From IMG/VR virus record IMGVR_UViG_3300025141_000071, positions 2,263 to 66,262 of that record: 64,000 nucleotides of DNA. One strand, 5' to 3'. Shown piece after piece: positions 58,460 to 64,000 of the stretch (positions are counted from its first letter, which is position 1; each line of letters opens with the position of its first letter). The DNA comes from a virus. The notes under the pieces are model-generated. The model had not been told where the DNA came from, ran no database searches, and worked only from the letters and a program-made list of their open reading frames with translations. Both the position numbers and the translations under genes were made by a program.

Positions 58460-59332
58460 ATGAGCTATAGAGCGGTAAAACCCCAAACCCGTTATGGCAA
58501 TACTTTTGGTACTGTTAGTGGTAGTGATGCTGAGCTAAACTCTTGGGATTACGCTGGGGAAATTGACTACACTAACTTAAACCGTAGGAGGTTTAAAAAT
58601 CAGACCTATATGACTGATTTTTATAAGAGCATTCAAGATTTTATCTTGGCGCGCTTAGGGTTTCCTGTTGTTAGGGTAGAGCTTACCGAGTTTCAAATAA
58701 CCACAGCTATTGATGAGGCTGTGTCTAAGCTTGATTATCACGCGCCTGATTGGTGTAATCAGTTCTGTACGTTTGCTACGTCTGCGGGTATCGCTTTATA
58801 TGAGCTTCCTCAAGTTGTGGTAAACAACCTTAAGCAGGCTGTATACCACAAACAGCTTCTTAGCTTGGCGCAATCTAACGGTACTTTAGAGTTTGATTTC
58901 TTCTTGAAGTACTTTCAAGATAACTTCCTCTTCCGAGACTTCTCGGTCGGGGATTACTACATTACCATCTCTCACTTAGAGATGATGCGGAAGATTCTAG
59001 GGAATGATGGAACGTTTAATGTGGTTAACGGTAGGTATTTAAACATCGCGCCTACACCTCAAATGCCTCAAGAGGTTTTGGTGGAGTTTAAAGCTATCGA
59101 CAGCAGTACGCTACACCCATACTTTGTTAATTGGATTCAGAAGTACGCGTTGGCGATTTCTAAAGTTATATTGGGGCAAATTCGCGGGAAATATCAAACA
59201 CTCCCCTCACCTGGAGGAGGCGCACAGCTGAACGGTGAGTCTTTGATTCAACAGGGTACTGAAGAGCAGACAAAGCTCGTTGAAGACCTGATGCTCGAAA
59301 TTGAAGAGCCTCCTGGTTTTAGTACCTTCTAA
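58460..59332 (+). CDS. gp13: Neck protein (T4 gp13-like)
   Basis: ILARLGFPVVRVEL, WIQKYALA..K..LG..RGKY..LPSPGG...LNG. Confidence 0.88.
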   Translation: MSYRAVKPQTRYGNTFGTVSGSDAELNSWDYAGEIDYTNLNRRRFKNQTYMTDFYKSIQDFILARLGFPVVRVELTEFQITTAIDEAVSKLDYHAPDWCNQFCTFATSAGIALYELPQVVVNNLKQAVYHKQLLSLAQSNGTLEFDFFLKYFQDNFLFRDFSVGDYYITISHLEMMRKILGNDGTFNVVNGRYLNIAPTPQMPQEVLVEFKAIDSSTLHPYFVNWIQKYALAISKVILGQIRGKYQTLPSPGGGAQLNGESLIQQGTEEQTKLVEDLMLEIEEPPGFSTF

Positions 59333-59886
59333 TGGCTGACCGTAAACAATTTCGAACTTCCTCCAAAATCGTAGGTGACACGTCATTAGAAACTAATGAC
59401 CAGCTCAATCTGTATGATTTAGAGAACCCCGATATCGAGATGTTTAATCTTGTGGATGATGAGCTTATTCGGTTGAGCGGCTCAAAAATTCTCCTATACA
59501 AATTTTATAGGAGAGAAGGGTTAAAAGACAATGTCTACGGCGAAGACTCTATGAAGGCAATATCGGATACTCCTGTAGTCTTGCATGGGCATTATGAAGC
59601 TCAGGCGTTAGAGGAGAGTTTAACTGAGTTTGGTATTGAAATCCAAAGCGAGCAGCTTTTTACATTTAATAAAAGTTATATTGATAAGTTGGTGGGACGT
59701 CCTATTATTGCGGGGGATATTCTACAGCCCGAGTTTCAAAATCTAAAATACGAGGTGTTTGAGGTTCAGGAAGACCAGTTTGATATTTATGGCGTTTATC
59801 ACTTAGTTTGTGCTGCTAAGGTCCTCCGTGATGATGAGGATATTACTAGAAACGAGGAATCATTCCCTCAGGATGAGGTTTACTAA
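59332..59886 (+). CDS. gp14: Neck/head closure protein (T4 gp14-like)
   Basis: DNVYGED, LTEFGI, P.AGDIL, YEVFEV; follows gp13. Confidence 0.82.
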   Translation: MADRKQFRTSSKIVGDTSLETNDQLNLYDLENPDIEMFNLVDDELIRLSGSKILLYKFYRREGLKDNVYGEDSMKAISDTPVVLHGHYEAQALEESLTEFGIEIQSEQLFTFNKSYIDKLVGRPIIAGDILQPEFQNLKYEVFEVQEDQFDIYGVYHLVCAAKVLRDDEDITRNEESFPQDEVY

Positions 59887-60671
59887 TGGCTGGCGCATTT
59901 TGGACTATAGATAGAATTCGTGAGGAAATACAAGCCTTAGATTCCCATGCGACCTATCAACCTGCTAACTTCTACAAAGATTTCACACGAAGACTCAAAG
60001 AGCTTCTAGGAGGTTTTGAGGTTCTAAAAGGGGATGATACCTTACGAAGTGTAGAGATTATTTACGCTAACCCCGAGCGCGCAATCGCTAAAATCACAGA
60101 GACTAAAAACACACAATTACCTATCTTATCCCTTCAATTTGAAGGAGTAGAATTGGACCAAAGTCGTAGAAAACCTGCGGCTGCGTTAGTGGAGAAAAGG
60201 TTTTGGGATACCGAGAAGCAACGCGCTATTCGATATATGGCCTTAGCTCCTCCCGCTACCAACCTTTCTTTTGGTCTTAACATCTGGGGAAAGTACGTAG
60301 ATGAGGTTAACCAGCTTACTGAACAAGTGTTGTTACTGTTTAGACCCAACTTGAATATTGATATTCGTCCTGGGGAGAACTACGAAGCCTTTGTTTTGGA
60401 TGTAGGGGATGCCTCTAACTTGACCGCAGGAGATAGGGAAGACCGTCTCGTAAGGCGTACAGTACGTTTTAAAGTAGAGTCCTACATCCCTGGGAAAGTT
60501 TTTCGGTTCACTAATACTAGCGAAATTAAGACTTTAAATTACGAAGAATACATCGAAGAGACCTCAGGTCTTCAAACTCTAGAAAGCTTTTTTGAGGCTG
60601 GCGGCGCTGGGTTTGAGCTTAATCAAATCCCAAATAGAGGGGCGAACATCACTACAATCCCAGGTTCTTAA
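59886..60671 (+). CDS. gp15: Tail terminator / sheath stabiliser (T4 gp15-like)
   Basis: IIYANPE, LPILS, NQLTEQVLLLF.P; synteny. Confidence 0.8.
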   Translation: MAGAFWTIDRIREEIQALDSHATYQPANFYKDFTRRLKELLGGFEVLKGDDTLRSVEIIYANPERAIAKITETKNTQLPILSLQFEGVELDQSRRKPAAALVEKRFWDTEKQRAIRYMALAPPATNLSFGLNIWGKYVDEVNQLTEQVLLLFRPNLNIDIRPGENYEAFVLDVGDASNLTAGDREDRLVRRTVRFKVESYIPGKVFRFTNTSEIKTLNYEEYIEETSGLQTLESFFEAGGAGFELNQIPNRGANITTIPGS

Positions 60672-60735
60672 CGAATTTAAAAAATCTGCGAGGTTTTGGG
60701 GGCGAGTGTTCTAAATATAGTAGAGGAAAATCTCA

Positions 60736-60924
60736 ATGTCTGTTTATAAAAAAATCAAAAATACTACTCACCAAGGACTTGAACTGGTCACTAAAACTCC
60801 TTCAGGACAATTTGACCATATTTGGGTACCTTCTAAGCAGTCTGTTGTAGTCCCCACCGATTCAATCACTGATTTAATTCGCGTTGCTGAACAACGACAG
60901 ATGATTAAAATCACAAACGCTTAA
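60736..60924 (+). CDS. Small hypothetical protein before the sheath gene
   Basis: CTAAATA motif plus GAGG RBS. Confidence 0.7.
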   Translation: MSVYKKIKNTTHQGLELVTKTPSGQFDHIWVPSKQSVVVPTDSITDLIRVAEQRQMIKITNA

Positions 60925-60940
60925 TAGGAGAATATAAAAC

Positions 60941-63142
60941 ATGCCCGCATACGTTAGCCCTGGTGTATATGTCATTGAAAAAGACTGGTCTGATTACAGC
61001 CCGTCTCTTAACTCTACTTCGGTAGGGGTTCTTGGCTTTGCTTCGCAAGGTCCCGTTGGAACAGCTACTTTAGTTACCAACGCGGACCAACTCGTCAGTC
61101 GATTCGGTCGCCCCGATGACGCTGAAGGTGGTTTCGGTCTTATTGGTGCTTACCATATTCTAGACCGTACTAACACCGTTTACTTTACAAGAGTCGCTAC
61201 TGATAATGCGGCGGTAGCCGATACCGCTGTTAAGGTTGGAGGCTGTCCTCACAACAACCCAACTAACCACATGTCTACGGATAATTACTATCTCTTTATC
61301 TGTGAAGTGACGGATGGAGCGGGTGTTAATAGAACGACTACCCCGTTAATCTTTAACGTTTCTCCCGCGTCAGGTAACACCTCCCTGTCGGGAGCCGCTG
61401 CCGCTGTTGAGAATGAAGTAAACCTTCGTACTACCCCGAACTCTCCTATCTCCTTCCGCCCTACGACCAGCTCCATGGGCGACTTCGTTGGGGCATATGC
61501 AGGCGCGTCAGCGAAACTTAGGGTTTATGCATGGTCTTCAACTACTTCCTTCGGAGTTATTCCCGCTGGTACTACCGCAGGCGCAGCAGGAACAGTCAGT
61601 TCTCTCTCAGGTCAGAACGCCGCGCTTTCCGCTCTAAGCGGTAACATGAATGTGACCTGTAATAACGGGGTTGCTGATATCGCTGGTGCTAAAGGGGTAG
61701 ACTCCTCTGGTACTGAGTTTGATACTACTGCCGTTAGCGGTGGAGCGTACGTCACTCGGACGCTGTACCCTGGAGCAGGTTATAACTACAGCAGCACTAT
61801 TGAGACATACGGCGTTAAGATTGCTGGACTTCAAGATGTAGTCACTGCTAACCAAGGAGCCCGAACAGCGTTTAGCCTCCTACGCGGAGGCGGTACTGAG
61901 CAAGGCGTTGAAGTGGAATGTATTTACAACTCCACTGGAATCAACCTGGCTCCGTCTGCCTTAATCAACAACACAACTGACGAGTCTAATAAGACTTCCG
62001 ACTACATTGTTGGTGAATTTGCTGTAGACGTTTCCTCTCGGGACGATGTCACATGGACATTACCCACTTCGTGGGGCGCAGGCTTCGGCGGTGGGGATAT
62101 CACAGTTATAACCGCTTCAGGTGCTACTGCTATGACTACCGATGGCGCTAACATTAAGTACGGCAAGCTAGTTGACGGTACTTACAACTTTGAGCACGGT
62201 ATTAACGGAGACTTGTCTGCTGGAATGTCCTTCGGTGACGCTGACGTTAAAGCAGCGGTCATTGGAAATGCTGCCCAGTCAAACGGAATCTACTCTTTCC
62301 TTAAGGAAGACATTGATATTTCCATCATGGCTATCCCTGGATGTACTGAGCAGAACATTGTGAACAACGCAATCTCTATTGCTGCCGATTCACAAGAGTT
62401 CCTGTTTGTGACGAACCCGCCTCTAGGTATTACTTCTCCTCAAAACGCCATCGCATGGTCTAACGGAACTGCTGAAGGTCGTACTGCGGCGCTTAACAGC
62501 TCCTATGCTGCTGTGTACTGGCCTTGGGTTAAGTTGTTCAACACCTTCACTCAAGTTGATGAGTATGTTTCGCCTGATATCTTCGCGATTCGCCAAATGG
62601 CATTTACTGATAACAACTTCGATGCTTGGTTCGCTCCTGCGGGTCTTGTGAGGGGACGTTTGACGAAGCCTGTTGACGTTGAAATGGTTCTTACGCAAGG
62701 CGACCGTGACGCGTTATACGGACCTGGAAACGTGATTAACCCCGTTCAGAAGTTTGCCACTGAAGGCATTGTTCTTTGGGGACAACGTACTACACAACGT
62801 ACCGCAACCGCTCTCGACCGAATTAACGTTCGTCGTCTGATGATTGTGATTCGTAAGATGCTTCTCGCCTCCACACGACAGTTTGTCTTCGAACCGAATG
62901 ACGCTGCCACTTGGAAACGAGTAGTTAACGCTGTTGAACCGATGATGGCTGATATTAAGAGCCGTCGTGGTGTGACGGATTTCAAGGTTATCTGTGATAG
63001 CACAACTAACACTCCTATTCGCATCGACCGAAGCGAGCTGTGGTGCAAGGTAATTCTTCAGCCTACTAAAGCCGCAGAAGTTATTGTCTTTGAGCTTAAC
63101 CTTACAAGCGCAACTTTAGGAACTAACTTACCTCAAGCTTAA
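60941..63142 (+). CDS. gp18: Contractile tail sheath (T4 gp18-like)
   Basis: YVSPGVYVIEKD, WFAPAGLVRG, RDALY, WGQRT, DRINVRRL, FVFEPND. Confidence 0.97.
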   Translation: MPAYVSPGVYVIEKDWSDYSPSLNSTSVGVLGFASQGPVGTATLVTNADQLVSRFGRPDDAEGGFGLIGAYHILDRTNTVYFTRVATDNAAVADTAVKVGGCPHNNPTNHMSTDNYYLFICEVTDGAGVNRTTTPLIFNVSPASGNTSLSGAAAAVENEVNLRTTPNSPISFRPTTSSMGDFVGAYAGASAKLRVYAWSSTTSFGVIPAGTTAGAAGTVSSLSGQNAALSALSGNMNVTCNNGVADIAGAKGVDSSGTEFDTTAVSGGAYVTRTLYPGAGYNYSSTIETYGVKIAGLQDVVTANQGARTAFSLLRGGGTEQGVEVECIYNSTGINLAPSALINNTTDESNKTSDYIVGEFAVDVSSRDDVTWTLPTSWGAGFGGGDITVITASGATAMTTDGANIKYGKLVDGTYNFEHGINGDLSAGMSFGDADVKAAVIGNAAQSNGIYSFLKEDIDISIMAIPGCTEQNIVNNAISIAADSQEFLFVTNPPLGITSPQNAIAWSNGTAEGRTAALNSSYAAVYWPWVKLFNTFTQVDEYVSPDIFAIRQMAFTDNNFDAWFAPAGLVRGRLTKPVDVEMVLTQGDRDALYGPGNVINPVQKFATEGIVLWGQRTTQRTATALDRINVRRLMIVIRKMLLASTRQFVFEPNDAATWKRVVNAVEPMMADIKSRRGVTDFKVICDSTTNTPIRIDRSELWCKVILQPTKAAEVIVFELNLTSATLGTNLPQA

Positions 63143-63172
63143 AGCTATATAAAATAGGAGAACAATAAAACT

Positions 63173-63850
63173 ATGGTTAATGTAGACTTATCAGACTTTT
63201 TCGGTGAAACAGGCCGAGTCTTAGACGTCGCTGGCTTTACAGCTGGCACGGAACTCTTTCATCGGTACGATTCATATCGTTCGTATAGCTGGCTAATCCG
63301 AATTAATGGGATTGGCGGTGTGGTAGGAAGTATTCTTGCGAATACAGGTTTAACTGACCCTGACAACGTTTTAACTCTTGCTGCAAAGCAGGTTGGTCAA
63401 ATTGGCTACAGCGTTGAAGACATCATGGTTGACCGTGTTAACGATAAGTTCTACTACCCTGGACGTCCTTCCACTGAAGAGACGGTTGTCACTTTCGACA
63501 ACCTTCTTAAAGGGGATGCGGCTAAAGCGTTATACAACTGGATGCGTACAACTTACGACCCGATTACAGGTACTCACTCTACTAGTGTCGCGTCAAACAT
63601 TGCAGGCCAGATAATTCAGGGAGGCGGTGGCTTTAAGCGCACCGTGGATGTTGTTCTTCTAGACAACACCCGTAAGCCTCAATGGGTTGCTCGCTTATAC
63701 GGATGCTACCCTAAGAACTTTAGGCTGGCTGAGTTTAACTATTCCGCTAACGAATTCCACTCTATCGAATGTACACTCAGGTACGATATGGTTGGTTACT
63801 TCAAGAACGGTGATAACGTGTTCGAGGACATTCTTGCTCCTTTGACCTAA
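63173..63850 (+). CDS. gp19: Tail tube protein (T4 gp19-like)
   Basis: FYYPGR, LYNW, LYGCYP, IECTLRYD; follows the sheath gene. Confidence 0.85.
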   Translation: MVNVDLSDFFGETGRVLDVAGFTAGTELFHRYDSYRSYSWLIRINGIGGVVGSILANTGLTDPDNVLTLAAKQVGQIGYSVEDIMVDRVNDKFYYPGRPSTEETVVTFDNLLKGDAAKALYNWMRTTYDPITGTHSTSVASNIAGQIIQGGGGFKRTVDVVLLDNTRKPQWVARLYGCYPKNFRLAEFNYSANEFHSIECTLRYDMVGYFKNGDNVFEDILAPLT

Positions 63851-63871
63851 TTTATAACTAGATTGTAGAAG

Positions 63872-63908
63872 AGATGGCTCCTAAATATATTAGGAGCCAT
63901 CTTTTTTT
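63872..63908 (+). terminator. Rho-independent terminator (13-bp perfect stem)
   Basis: AGATGGCTCCTAA-ATATA-TTAGGAGCCATCT followed by a T-run. Confidence 0.85.
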
Positions 63909-63914
63909 ATATAC

Positions 63915-64000
63915 ATGACTACAAGCGTTTTTACTGAGTTACTTTCTTCCTACGACGGGTTGAGGAAGAGAACATGGACCCCTGCCGTTATAACGGAGGT
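63915..64000 (+). CDS. Partial hypothetical protein (runs off window end)
   Basis: MTTSVFTELLSSYDGLRKRTWTPAVITE..., open to the edge. Confidence 0.55.
   Translation, partial: MTTSVFTELLSSYDGLRKRTWTPAVITE

Noticed and set aside
1-64000. tRNA genes or stop-codon reassignment
   Set aside because: No cloverleaf recognised in the few intergenic gaps; genes are full length in the standard code and end in TAA, TAG and TGA

Overview
The window is part of a large T4-like myophage genome; I see no host genes, tRNA/rRNA, integrase or CRISPR array. 1-1.5 kb: array of tiny minus-strand genes, most preceded by a repeated sigma70-type promoter 6 nt from the ATG (predicted leaderless mRNAs). 1.6-9.7 kb: GroES, thermonuclease, dCMP deaminase, class II ribonucleotide reductase, a split Cys-rich tail-collar paralog, a SLOG-like protein and a GT2-like glycosyltransferase. 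9.7-64 kb: most of a virion module (terminase, portal, tape measure, baseplate, fibres, prohead protease, scaffold, major capsid, neck, sheath, tube), with antisense UvsW helicase and primase inserted. Highlights: (1) the promoter-delimited gene-cassette array; (2) 13-bp bidirectional promoters and a divergent gene pair 1 bp apart; (3) a probable -1 frameshift fusing a gp26-like gene to a start-less gp51-like ORF; (4) one tail-collar domain present intact, with a ~1000-aa insertion, and split over two genes; (5) paralogous fibres with mucin-like Thr stalks sharing near-identical DNA, plus Ser-Gly enrichment in virion proteins, suggesting a glycosylated virion. All homology calls are by motif recognition and synteny only; no searches were run.
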